DNA of 64,000 nucleotides from Harriotta raleighana. Taxonomy: Eukaryota. The notes under the pieces were generated by a model. The model saw only the letters and a program-made list of their open reading frames with translations, was not told the origin of the DNA and ran no database searches. Shown in pieces: positions 13,300-25,369 of the stretch (its first letter is position 1; each line of letters starts with the position of its first letter). The stretch lies in assembly GCA_050575255.1 (NCBI GenBank), contig JBNZDD010013696.1:6455672-6519671 (forward strand). The letters are read 5' to 3'. The translations under genes were made by a program, and so were the position numbers.

Positions 13300-13675
13300 G
13301 GCCGTGGCTGTGTGTCATAGAGCAGGAAGTCCCAAGTTTGATCCATTGCTTGTGTTGAGCTATCTGATCTCATCCAGGTCAATAGTTGAAGTGCTACAAT
13401 TGTTCTTAATGCAAAGGGTTAGGGAGAAGAAAATCAGTCAGTCGCACTCCTGATTGCTATCTTGCAGCCTCTGCTGGAAGTGTTCTTGGGAAGATATCAG
13501 GGTGAGGATAAGGTCAGACTAGCTTCTCGTTTCCCCACCCACACAGTTCAATGGCTTGCCTACTCGCTTTCACAAATCAGACTTGAATAATAGCCACTTG
13601 GGTGAGGTACCGGAAGATGCCCAGCTGTCATAGAGCCCAGAGCCCATGAGAGAGGAAGGATGGGAGAAAATTGGC
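13300..13675 (+). mobile_element. Ancient AmnSINE2-like SINE
   Basis: caggaagtcccaagtttgatcc...tgagctatctgatctca...gggtgaggataagg...tagccacttgggtgaggtaccgga resembles recalled AmnSINE2 consensus; second copy at 54311-54730 (-). Confidence 0.6.
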
Positions 13676-14778
13676 AAGAAAAAAAGCCACTTCCTGTAAG
13701 TATGTCAAAAGTCATCTTTTGAAATGTCGTTGCAAAGATAATAATCTGGTTATGGGTATATAGCAGTATTTCCTACAAAATTAATCTTGGCACAGGCTTT
13801 CATAAACAAGATTCATATCGGCTTCATATAGAGGGAAGAATTGTAAACAAAGATTCCAGAATCCAGTTATTTTACATAAACCCTTTATTATCCCTTTGAT
13901 TCTGACTATCATCTAATTTCCCATAATCTACCATGGGCGCATTTGCCCAAATCTATTAGTAGGTGGATAATACTGTTCATCTCAAAATCTGATGCCATTC
14001 TATCCTTATAAACATCCTTTTTTTAAATGTTGAAACATAATTTAATTCTTATGTAGTTTTGTTCAATCACAATGAGATAAGGAATAAACATGATGGGCTG
14101 GTAATATAATTCAGGAGTACTATTATTTGAAACTTTTGCATCATTTTATATTTTAGATTAATCTGTGAATTGGCGTTTTACACAAAAAGCGTTATGTAGA
14201 TTATCTTTCACTTCACAAGTCTCAAAGTACTTCACCAGATACACTGCATTTTGTCAGCACAATGATGACAACAGCCCAAATAATTATTACTTTTATCTAC
14301 TAACAATTTCCCCCCAAAACTGTTTAAGAAGTAAAGCAGGTCTCAGCTTTTAATTCTATTCATGATGCATGTAATTTTAAGTGAAAATATTAATATACAG
14401 TACTCTGAATTTTTAGTATTAAGGAATTGAAATATCTTCATACTCAACAAATTTAATCATATTCTGATCAGTCTCCCAAGCTCGCATTTGTTAATATCAG
14501 TATTAAAAAAAGAACTTGATGCCTTTATTTATGAGAATCCCAGCTAAAAGATGATATTGAATTGACTTCTAACATTGTTTACCTCCCCACGTCCCCTCCC
14601 AACTTCCAAAATCACAGTGAAAAAATATAGAGGAATCATGGTTCACATTATCTTTATTTACAAGATCATTTCGAGGTTCAAGTACAAGCTACATTTGAAA
14701 CGTTCAGTCTTTGTGACCTCTTGGCCTATATAGTTGTGTTGGAAACTATTCCCCAGTGGACTTCAAGTTAAATTTATA

Positions 14779-15371
14779 CAGGCAGTCCTCAAGTTACGTC
14801 AGGGTTAGGTTCCTAAGATGTGGTGTAAGTCGAATTTGTATGTAAGTCGAGTCACCCCCCTATAATGCTTACAGTAACATACAGTGATTGGTTGTAGTGT
14901 ATAGTGGCCTGCCCTCTCTCCCCTGCACCCCTCCTAATATGTACAGTACTGTAAATAAAATAAAATATTACTGTACTTACATGGCTTCATTGTGAGTCTG
15001 GCACGCGATGTAGCGCAACACAGGAGATCACATGCGACGTAGCGCAACGCAGGAGATCACACGTGACGTAGCGCACAGTCTAAAGGCTCGAGAATACTGT
15101 ACGGCCGAGCTCACAGACTCACACAGTACCTGTACAGTACACACTCGCGTCTCACCTCCATTCTGTTCCTGTCCTGAACGCGTATCGTGGTCCCGTGCGT
15201 GTTGAGAGCAGCGACTCCAGTTTTCTATCGCGCGTGGGGCAACTAAAGTATTTACATAGTAGTGTCGTAACTTCGAGACTTTGGATGTAACTCGGACGTA
15301 ATTTTACTGATATTAAGCGTCGTAACTTCGAATTGTCGTAACTCGGAACGTCGTAACTAGAGGACTGCCTG
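14779..15371. mobile_element. Tigger-like non-autonomous element
   Basis: TA|CAGGCAGTCCTCAAGTTACG...CGTAACTAGAGGACTGCCTG|TA; subterminal CGTAAC/GTAAGTCG repeats; internal 29-bp tandem repeat at about 15002-15076. Confidence 0.88.
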
Positions 15372-15879
15372 TACTGTGAATACGTAAAGGCATCTTGGCT
15401 TACAGTAGGCATAAATCAGTCAATATCAGTGGAACAGTGGTAAGTCTCTGTTTAGCTATTTTCATTGTCTATAAAAGCTACATGGGAAAGAGAGCATGCA
15501 CTCAATGGCCAATATGTTGAAACATGAGAACACTATTCTAGTGCGGTTTGTTATAGTATTGACTTATTTATCGTATGAATCTCCTGTGAACCCAAAGTAG
15601 CCAGAAGCAAGGTGCATTCAGCTTCTGGCACTGACAAGGCAACTTACCACACTACAAAATCAAAATGGCCGGCATCTAGGTTGTCTGCAATGGCATCCCT
15701 GGACATTATGTGTATGTGCACATTACAGAAAATCATGCTTTGGCATGCAGAGGTGAAGGAAGTGACCTCATTGGCAAAGTGATCACCTGAAAGTCGCTTG
15801 GCTTTTAACATGACCCCTGAAACGTTGGACCCAACTGAGTAAGATTGCCCGGTATACCGGGTTCCTCCTTACTGCTAGA

Positions 15880-16380
15880 TAAACAATAACAACAACACAA
15901 TTACACTTGGGGTATGGCGTCTTTCACGTCAGGAGGACGTCCTAATGTAATGGACAATCATTGTTTCAAACCCGAGCTGGGTTCGGGGATGGGGATGGTG
16001 GAAAGGGGGTATTTGGGGTGACCGATGGGGAGAGGGTCTTGAGGCAGGTCTTCAAGAAGGCGAGGGAGGGGGCTTGGTGGAGGGACTGTAGGATGAATTC
16101 CAGAGGTTAGAGCTAAAGTGGCTGAAGGCTCACCCGCTATTGGTGGGATGGGTGGATTGGGGGACATAGATCAGGCTGGAGCCTGCCAAGCGGAGGGGGC
16201 AGGCAGGTTAGTAGGGGGTTAGGAGATCGCAGAGGTAGGGTGGGATGAGGCCTTAGAAGGTTTTCAATGTGAGCACCTTGAATTGAATCCTCTGGGTGAT
16301 AGGGAACCAATGGAGTTGGGTGAGGATGGGGCAGATAGGGTCACGAAGCTTGGACCGTTAGAGAACACGGGCAGAGTCAT
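15880..16380 (-). mobile_element. L2 3' fragment (tail type a)
   Basis: (CAA)n then reverse tail ctttcacgtcaggaggacgtcc; homologous to 50446-51185. Confidence 0.8.
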
Positions 16381-19068
16381 ATGGAGTAAGAAAAATTGTG
16401 TAAGGTTTCAACTTGTTTATAATTATGTTTTCATTTCTATTTGTTCAGAAACAGAATTTACTGAATTTCAGCAATAATAATGCAGTATTCTGTTAATCTT
16501 GTTTTTTTCTTTAAAAAAATCTTTTCACAGTGTAAGGATATGACTCTGAATTTTGGGCAAACAAAATTACTTCTCCCTCACTCTTATTGGATGTTTGCAT
16601 TTGTGAGATGAAGTCATTATTATTTTGATCACATGTGGCTTGCATTAAAACACTGATGTCTCAATCACCAAACAGCTGATATAAAGCAAAGTTGCTTGAA
16701 CCTCATTTTTGGCAAAATTGCATTTTCTGCTTGCTGTAGTGAGCATGTGCATTTTTGAGGTTCAGAATAATGTTTCATTGAATTTATTACTGATCAAAAT
16801 GTCCTCTATTATCGCAGCTGGTGCATTTTATGTTTTACTTAAGCTGCTCATTTTATAGAATGTTTCATGTACTGCAGATAGTTAGCAGTTATTTATATTT
16901 TTCCAACCCACAGCTTTTTAATAACTTGTTTTCTTGTTGCTTCTGCTTCACATCACTAGACTGGGAACAAGAAACCTACTTCAGGCTTTTGTATGGGTCA
17001 ATAGGTCAAGTTCTCAAGTAATTCAGGTTGAATAGGCTTCAATTTTCCCTCCACAAATCCTCTTGGCTCCAATCACTTGTTCTCCAGACAATTTCTGCTC
17101 AGAGTGGGATCTCACACTGACGACAATCTAAAACCACAACCTTATCACTCCAAGCTAGAGCAAATTGTTCAGCCTTTTTATCTTGCATATTTTTTGGTAA
17201 ACTGGTAGCTACAATTCCTGGAAGTAATTTTCTAATAGATTATTAAAAACAATCATAGCAATAAAATGTAGAAGACTTAATGTGTCCTGCTGGATAATGG
17301 CTTATTCTGTGCATACATGTAATGTTAAATTTTTTTCATTGTTTCAATCCACCTTTGATTTTGATCTTTTAGTAATTTGTAATCTGAAATTGAAGTGTGA
17401 TTGTCGAATGTCTACCCTTCAGAAGTGGTCAAATTCTTGATAGTTCAGTGAACCTGTTGTAAAAGGTTGACATCAGCAACTTCAAAGTAAAGACTATATA
17501 ACCTGGTATTTTCCTTCATGTTGACAATGTTATACCTTCCTCTCTACTGATCTAAACAGAATATTTGACTAGTTCCCCCTTATTTTCTTCAAAGACTTTT
17601 GGAGTACAAACAGTTTTTTAAAAGATCATTAAATGCTGAAGTGAAATACATGTGTCTTTGCGATAATTACAATACAAAATCCTCTAATTTGAATGGCTTC
17701 AGATATCTTCATTCTGTGTTATATTCAGGGGTGCTTAGAATTCTTAAAACTGAGGAGAAATGGCAAATTCCTTTCATGCAGTCTATGATTAGTGAACTCA
17801 CCCAGCAGCATGCAATTGTCCGGAATTATACTGTTCAGTCCAATAAATGCATAAAATTATGTTCATTGGGAACTTATCATCTACTTACCGTTTGTACACA
17901 TTTTGTTTTGGTTGCTACGCTGATATGTTTAAATCTAAATCCCTGAGATTTAGAAGGTGCGTCAATGAAGGATTGCATATCAATCAGTCCAAAATCATGC
18001 GATTAGTCATCTGAACGATATGAATTCATGGTTACATAATTGTACAATTATCATATTGTAAACAAGTGTTTCCTAGCAATTTTAAATCTTCGAACTATCT
18101 GCTCTGAAAACTGCATTTATATCAACATCTGAGGAAAATGTGCGCAGTAACAAACATTGTGGTAACCCAGTGGTATCAAAGGTCTAATTGGGACAGTGCT
18201 ACAATCTCCCACCTTTTGATTATAAATACTGTACCCAGCAAAATGATTGGGCTCTCACACACGAAAAAGAATGCTACTCTAATGTTATTTTATCTCATGG
18301 CAGTTTGTCAGACCATGTAGAAACCAAATTTGATAACTCAGTGGAAATATTTACATGCAAGGAATTCAGTCCTTCAATTTTTCAGAAAAGTTTTTTAAAA
18401 ATCAACTTGGCAAAATAGTGAACATGAGATTGGAAACATTACCCATCCAAGCAATTTAAAATCCTTGGCAAAATTATTGAATACAAGTGACTCATTTAGT
18501 GACTCATTTATAGAATCTCTTAACTGTTTTTAATAAGTCTTGGCATTGTATGTTTTGACCACAAAATATAAATTCAATTCACTTTATAGTATTTTCTATG
18601 ACGCGCTTTGATATATCTAGAGGACATGATATAGCACTATATGAAATGCAAGGATTATTATTATATTATCATCCTGTTCAATGATCATATTCAATGCGTG
18701 TCATTCCAAGATTACAGAGATCAGAATCACAATGCAAAGATGAATCTGTGAATGGAAAGTGCTGCTCATTTTTGGCAAAGCAGAATAGAAGAGATTTGAT
18801 TGCTAGATTCTGCGTAACCTTTTGCATTTGTGCTAAATTGTGTGCCAATACAAATTGTGTAACAAATGTGGAGGAAATATACATTTGTTGTAATGGGGCC
18901 AAAAAATTACGGAGGTTTGCCCTGTCAGATTGAATCTTGTATTCCTAAAAATTTATTTGTATGTGTAAGGAAGCATTCTATATTTGTCATTTTAATTCTG
19001 ATTTTAAAGCAGAAAAAATGCACTTAATATTTCCTATTTATTATTACACAGTAAAAAGTTTTACTATG

Positions 19069-19360
19069 TAATAATAATCCTTACATTTGATATGGTGCCT
19101 TATCACATTAATGAGATGTCTCAAAGCGCTTCACAGGATTTCCAACAAAGTGATTGACAGTGTATTTGGTAGACTGTATTTAATATGTTCTCAAATAGTG
19201 TGTTCGCCTACAAATACACAGGCAGTATACAGTGTACAATGGACACTAAACTCTCTGAGATGTGAAAGGCATTCTTTAAATGCAAACGGCTGTTGCTGTG
19301 AGTACTGTAAGATGTCTCAACAATGAGATAAGGCGCTTTATCAAATGCAACAATTATTAA
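19069..19360. mobile_element. Inverted pair of older SINE tails (- then +)
   Basis: ataataatccttacatttgata...aagcgcttcacag and gatgtctc...aaggcgctttatcaaatgcaacaattatt. Confidence 0.65.
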
Positions 19361-19724
19361 ATAGAACATGTTCAGAATACAAGAAGAGTACATTTTAAAC
19401 AATGTTGACCTGACTCCTCGCTATTTCTAAAAGGCCTTTCATTCCCTATCACAATAAAACCTATGAGAACTATTTTAGAACATCAGTGTACAGAGGAATG
19501 TAAAGTGATGTGACTGCTGACATGATATCAGGACATGTGATCACTAAATTGTAATGTGGTTTGAATAAACTGAACTGAAAATAGAACAAGCAACAGTACT
19601 GCAGATGTTTGTTTATGGTAGATCAGCAGGTGCTTTAGAAGGAACAACCTTTCCTGGTGAATGGCTTGAATGAAATTGGAAAAGGAATTCTTCAATATTA
19701 TATTATTGGAATATTGTAAAAAAA

Positions 19725-19930
19725 AAGTTATTGCACATTGATATAGCGTTTATTGTATTAAAACATCTGAAAATGCTGCACGGTGTTGTTAAAAGTGTAG
19801 TGACAATGTATTTTGCCCACAAATATACAGTCAATTCACTTTACAATTTATTCTGTGAAGCACTTTGAGACGTTGATAGGATGTGAAAAGCGCTATATCA
19901 AATGCAAGGATTAGTATTATTATTATTATT
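19725..19930. mobile_element. Old minus SINE tail abutting a young plus SINE tail
   Basis: ttattgcacattgatatagcg... followed by gcccacaaatatacagtcaattcac...(TTA)n. Confidence 0.7.
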
Positions 19931-20099
19931 TGTTAGTTTTACTCCAACGTTTTCAGTAATGACCAGAGAAAATTGCCAGTAAATGTAATTTTGTTGTTTT
20001 TGTAAAATATGCTGTAAATCTCCCTGTTTTTAGCAAAATGTTGCTTACATTTGAGGACTACAATGGTATTTCTGTGCCGAAGGACCGGATTTAATATAA

Positions 20100-20550
20100 T
20101 ACAAAACAACAACTGTTTAGCATGTTTCATGTCAGGAGGATGTCCCAAGGTGCTGCACAGTCAGGGATTTGAACCCGAGCTAGGAGTCGGGATCGGAGAG
20201 GGTGGAGGGTAGGAGAGTGGCTGAAGGCTCGATCAAAAGGAAGGGTTTTGAGATGCGCCTTGAAGGAGGGAAGGGAGGGAGCGAGGTGTAGGGAATATGG
20301 GACGGAGTTCCAGAGGGTAGGGACAGAAAGGCCCGGCCGCCTATGGTAGGGCCGGCTGGGCAGAGGATGTGGAGCTCGGAGCCTGCTGAGCAGAGGAAGC
20401 AGACGGATTAATAAGCAAAGCAGGTCATGGAGTTCGCGAGAGGAAGGCTGTGGAAGGCCTTGAAGGTGAGGATAAGGATTTTTAATTATATCCTCTGGGG
20501 AGCCAGTGGAGCCAAGCAAAGGTGGGATCATGGGGTCACAGGGTCACAGA
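20100..20550 (-). mobile_element. L2 3' fragment (tail type a)
   Basis: Minus ORF carries PTLWNSVP...LPSFKAHLKTLPFDRAF, the L2 ORF2 C-terminus. Confidence 0.85.
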
Positions 20551-20910
20551 GCCTGATACATTATTTAATTCTGAAAAGAAAGTTTAAAATGGTCCAATAA
20601 TTGAGGGGGTCAATAACCTCCCTAGGGAGGCAGTGGCAGCAGGAAGTGTTGATGCTTTCAAAAACACGTTAGATAGATTTTGGTTAGAAAATAATATCTC
20701 GGGATACAATATATGGTTTAGTACATGACGTCCAGCGCCTTGGGATGTCTGCCCAACATGAAAGGTGCAATACAAATGGAATTTTGTTGTTGTTGTTAAC
20801 ATGCAAAGCAACAGATGGAAGGTCAACCTGATGCCCAGCAAATTTGTATGTTCTTATCCAACTTCATCTGTGGTTAAGAAATATAAAGCACATATCAGCA
20901 AACTAGTATA

Positions 20911-21616
20911 CAGTTAACCCTCGTCGAGGGAGACTTTATCAATTGGGAATTCAAGTATACACGACGAAACAAAAGCATCACGTTTTTGTGCAGCATGCAT
21001 AAAACTAGTGTGTATGTGCTGACTGGCCCCTGCGCGCATGTGCACGTGTGAGTTCGCCGCCAGCTGCCAACCAAATCCGATGATTCCTCGGCTGGCTGGT
21101 TCCGTGCACATGCGCACTTTTGACGAGGCTGGCAGATCCCGACTAAAGCCGATGATTCCTTGGCTGCCTGGCCTCGCGCGCAATGCATTCCTGGGTAAGG
21201 TTTAGATAACTGTTCGGCCTGATGTATTGCATGGTGAACAGAAGAGACAGAGCGAGAGACAGTCTCCTACAGAGCCCGAGCGGCTCCCCCCCTCGCATGC
21301 CCCGCCCCCCGAGCGGCTCCCATCCTGCCCACCCCCGACCACCGAGCAGCTTCCCTGAGCGGGTTCCCCCCCTGCCCAGCTCCCAAGCGGCTCCCCCCCA
21401 CCAACCGACCCGGCCCCTGAGCAGCTCCCACCTCGCCCGCCCCTGGACCCCGAGTGGCTCTCCCCACCCCCAAACAGCTTTCTGCGGCTTGAGGTGGTTA
21501 GCCTGCGACTGGATTCCCCTAACCCCCCTTTTCCCATCTTAAGCTTCTCCAACGCGATTTTGTTGAGTGCGCGATTTTCCAGAAACATAACCCTCGCGAT
21601 CGACGAGGGTTAACTG
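20911..21616 (+). mobile_element. Complete Tigger-like non-autonomous element (TIR CAGTTAACCCTCGTCGA)
   Basis: TA|CAGTTAACCCTCGTCGA...TCGACGAGGGTTAACTG|TA, perfect 17-bp TIR; ends 154 nt upstream of the exon at 21771. Confidence 0.92.
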
Positions 21617-21770
21617 TAGTGCACAGGACTGTGATTTCCCTTCACTGCAGTCATGCATTCATGTAATTTGAATGGAAGTAGTGTGCAATTTCTGCTCTTA
21701 AGATAAAGATAGTAGCCACATGGATAGACAGCAATCAAAGAAATAACCCTTTTAATTGCTTTGGTTACAG

Positions 21771-21938
21771 TGCTCCAATTCCTGTGGGAAGGGAAGTAAG
21801 TATCGCATAGTCTCCTGCATGGCTAGAGATGGAAAGCTAATGGAAGAGGAGAACTGTAAGAATCTCGCAAGACCTAAAACACACAAGCGATGCCGAGGAG
21901 GTCGATGTCCTAAGTGGAAAGCTGGTGACTGGGAACAG
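21771..21938 (+). CDS. ADAMTS9: ADAMTS9-like internal exon, TSR module ([56 protein letters not shown])
   Basis: ttggttacAG acceptor and CAG|GTGAGC donor; 168 nt, phase 0-0; CSxSCG...R.V.C TSR pattern; [12 protein letters not shown] matches human ADAMTS9 as recalled. Confidence 0.92.
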
Positions 21939-24034
21939 GTGAGCTATAAAGCGTTATGCTAATTATACATTTTTGCTTGCTTTTCCAAATGCATTAAGTT
22001 CTGGTCAAAAGAGAGTGAAGAGAGATTAATCTGCTAGTTAGGAAAAAAAACAAGTTTAGTGGGATTAATAAGAATTGAATTGAAAGAATGATGTTTTTAA
22101 AGTTGCATATTTTTCTAATTATAAGAAAACAAACATTTTACTCGAAGTTTCATTGTAGTCTGTAAAGAAACTCAAAATTTGATGAGATGAAGAACAAAGT
22201 TGCACTGGAAGGGTCCACATTTTGGCAGTTCTAGTTTTCTTGTCTGGTTCCCCTAGATTTTCACATTAGTAATCTCAAACTCATAATCTAATTAGTTGTC
22301 GAAAGATGATGTAGAGCAAACTATTGTTATAATTAATTTTTTGTATCATATTAACTGCTTAGAGCAATCTCTCATCAATTATATAATTGTTTGCACAATA
22401 ATATATATTCAGCTTATTAAAGCTACAAGAATTTGCATTATTTATGCAGCATAAGCTTCTTCACATGGCATCTCAGAAGTTACAGTGGGGAAGTTATGGG
22501 ATGGGATACTTCAAGGATCTCGGATGAACTCTTTGTTTCTGGTAGACATCAATTAACTGAATTTTCAGCAGCTGTTACAAGATTAATTTGTAGATTGTTT
22601 ACATTTGTATATAACATCAACCGATGGAAACGGAGGATGCAGCGAAGATCTTAAAAAGTGATCTAGACAAGTTAACAGCTAGGGTGATCACACTAAATGA
22701 AATGCAGTTCAAATAAATGCAAGTTAATTACTGCATATTAAAAGTAAGATTGGTTTAAATCATACTTCAAACTTTTTGCGATTTTCTTTTAACTACAATT
22801 TTGATAACTTTTAAAAGCATTTAGAGGTGTGGGAAATTAAAGGTTTGCGTGATTTTCTCAGCAAATGCTGATTGTGAACCATTGACACAATGAAGGTAGT
22901 GTATACACTAAATGGTTACTGTGTCCCTGTCCACCAATCCCTCGCCAAAAAAATTGGTTGGTCACTTCATGGCTGTTTGTGGGACATTGCTGGGTTAAAT
23001 GTTTCCCACAAAATACACAGTCACCGCACTTTACAATGTATTCTGTGAAGCTCTTTGAGACATCTCAACTATGTGATAAAGCAAAGATTATTATTAAATT
23101 GTCCATTTTGCTGGCCCATTTATTCAGTCGCTGCTCTTCACAATAAAATCTTTTAAAAGCATGCTGATATGTCCCCATAATATGGTCAGATGCTACATCA
23201 AATTCAAGAGTGATTTACTCAACTGTTAGCTTCATACTCAGCTGTCACTTCCTTCTACTGTCCAATTCAGCTGTTATTAAGATTCCAATTCTCCATCTCC
23301 ACATCATTGCTCCACTTGTTTTCTCCGCTTTTATCAAGAAAAAACTCAAAATTATCTACAAAATCATGCTATCCATTTAGTATTTTTATAAAACATTTGA
23401 AGCTATTGTTATAATTATATCATAGAACTGCAATGATTGAAATACCACATGACCAATTTTCAGAAACTATTTTCTTTCACGGTAATTTGTTCTTCTTGCT
23501 GAGAATGTTAACGGGTGCTCTGGAGAACTACCCATATTGACCTCCAAATAAATAATTCTCAGAACAAAACCATAATTGCCAATCAGGTAAAACCAATTAA
23601 CTACCTGGAATAAATTTATTTGTGTTTATATTGGTACAGGAACTATTAAGACAAGGCCTTTCTCAGGTCAAAAGTATATCGCAGATGTAGCAGTTTTTTG
23701 TAAACAGAAAATTGGACCTAGTTAAGTTTGTAAACGTCACTTGTAATGCCATTGTGTGATTACTGTAGCTATCCATATCAGAAAATTAAGGTTTTGTGTT
23801 TTGGTTTGGCATAAAAGGATGCATGCAGTTTGGCTGTGTCTTTGGCTTGGAGCAAGTTATGTGACCCTAGCCAAAATATTTTAATCTATCCTGAAGTTAA
23901 TGTTGTGGAACAGAAGCAAACTGGCCAAATTATTATATCACTTTCATATATAATATTAAAGCTGCACAAATGTAGCAGTTTTATCCACCAGTTATTGGTT
24001 TAAACTAGCCACATATCTCAAAAGGACCAATTTG

Positions 24035-24136
24035 CAGGGGAAAATGGGATCGAATGGCTTCCTTTTTCAAAGAGCCACCATGGGCATGATGGGCTGAATG
24101 GCTTTCTTCTGTGCTGTAACTTTCTATGGTTCTATG
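24035..24136 (+). mobile_element. CR1 3' UTR and tail
   Basis: atgggctgaatggctttcttctgtgctgtaactttctatggttctatg, a CR1 (ATTCTATG)n-type end. Confidence 0.7.
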
Positions 24137-25369
24137 GAGAGACAATTTGAGCCCAACTAAAACTCCCAGCCTATATTTTGTAAATTATTTTCTGTGCAGA
24201 AGGCCAAGATTGGTCATTTGAACCTGTAAATAGGTACAATTGTAGGCTATGACCGAAAGAGTAAAATAGTGAAAGTGAATCAGTAAGCACAAGTACCCCA
24301 TAATATGCTGTGCTACTGAGAGACCGAGGAGAGGAAATTCAAACAGTCAGGCTGAGCTGATTCTTCTCATTCTGTAGTTTCTCATGTTGAAAATTACTTC
24401 AAACCAAACATGCGGAGAACAAAATATTAAATTGACATGATCCAGGGCTGTTAAAATGTAAGGTAGACATTTTTGGGTCAGACCAGAGTTAACAAATGCT
24501 TGAAATACTTTGGATCTTTCTTTGATGTCTGATTCTCTCTAAAATGTACAAACTGGCCTAATCCCCACTAAATTCATTTCACCCAATCTCTCAAGTGAAC
24601 ATTTATGATTGAGCTTGTATTTAGACTCTTGTTTTTGCTTGTGAATTGTTCAGAGGGTCAAATCATTTCCTGATCCAATTTAGAGGTGTTTTAGTTAACT
24701 TGTTGCAAAGAAATTACAATCTTGTGAAATAAGGTCTTTAGAAAGATTAATGGCTGAACCTCTTCCACCGACTGAAGAAAAAAAAATTCATTTAGATCTG
24801 TTGAGATTGAAATGAAAATTTAGGTCTTTCAGAAAATGTTACCTACGTTTTAAGCGAAAGGATTTTTCTGTATGCTTACATTCTACTTTCTTCTCTCCCC
24901 TCTTTGGATCTTGTAGTTATATAAGTGCCATAATTCTATTCATCAGATGGAAACATTTCTTTGTCCTGAATAATTGAAATTTACAAATTTCTGTGGGCTA
25001 CACAGCTACGAGTTGAGGAGATGTTAGTTCAGATAATGAGGACTATGAATTTTTAAATGACTGATCTATTTTTCCGAGGAAATGAGGAAGAAATTTACTC
25101 TCTCTCAATTCTTTTAGCGTTGTACCTTTATTTCAGTTTAATTATTTGATAATGTGTCCATTATTCATATTCTTTCCATAATTGCTGGTCTGCTGTTATA
25201 AAAAAAACTGTCCAAACTTTGCGAAGTTCTTCTGACTTTCTGATTAAGTTTATATATTAGGTATCCATTCTCCTGGTCTTTAGGGTACAAATCTTGTCAA
25301 GTGCTTTGAGCAGTTTTGTCTAAGTGATATTATTATCTTTGCCTGCATTTATGATATTAACACAAACAT

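Noticed and set aside
20895-21588. Overlapping ORFs shared with 46383-47460
   Set aside because: GC-rich transposon-internal sequence; no DDE or HTH transposase motifs.
1-21770. Expected upstream ADAMTS9 TSR exon
   Set aside because: No CxxxCG...WxxxxW exon found by eye; it probably lies outside the window, though a miss cannot be fully excluded.
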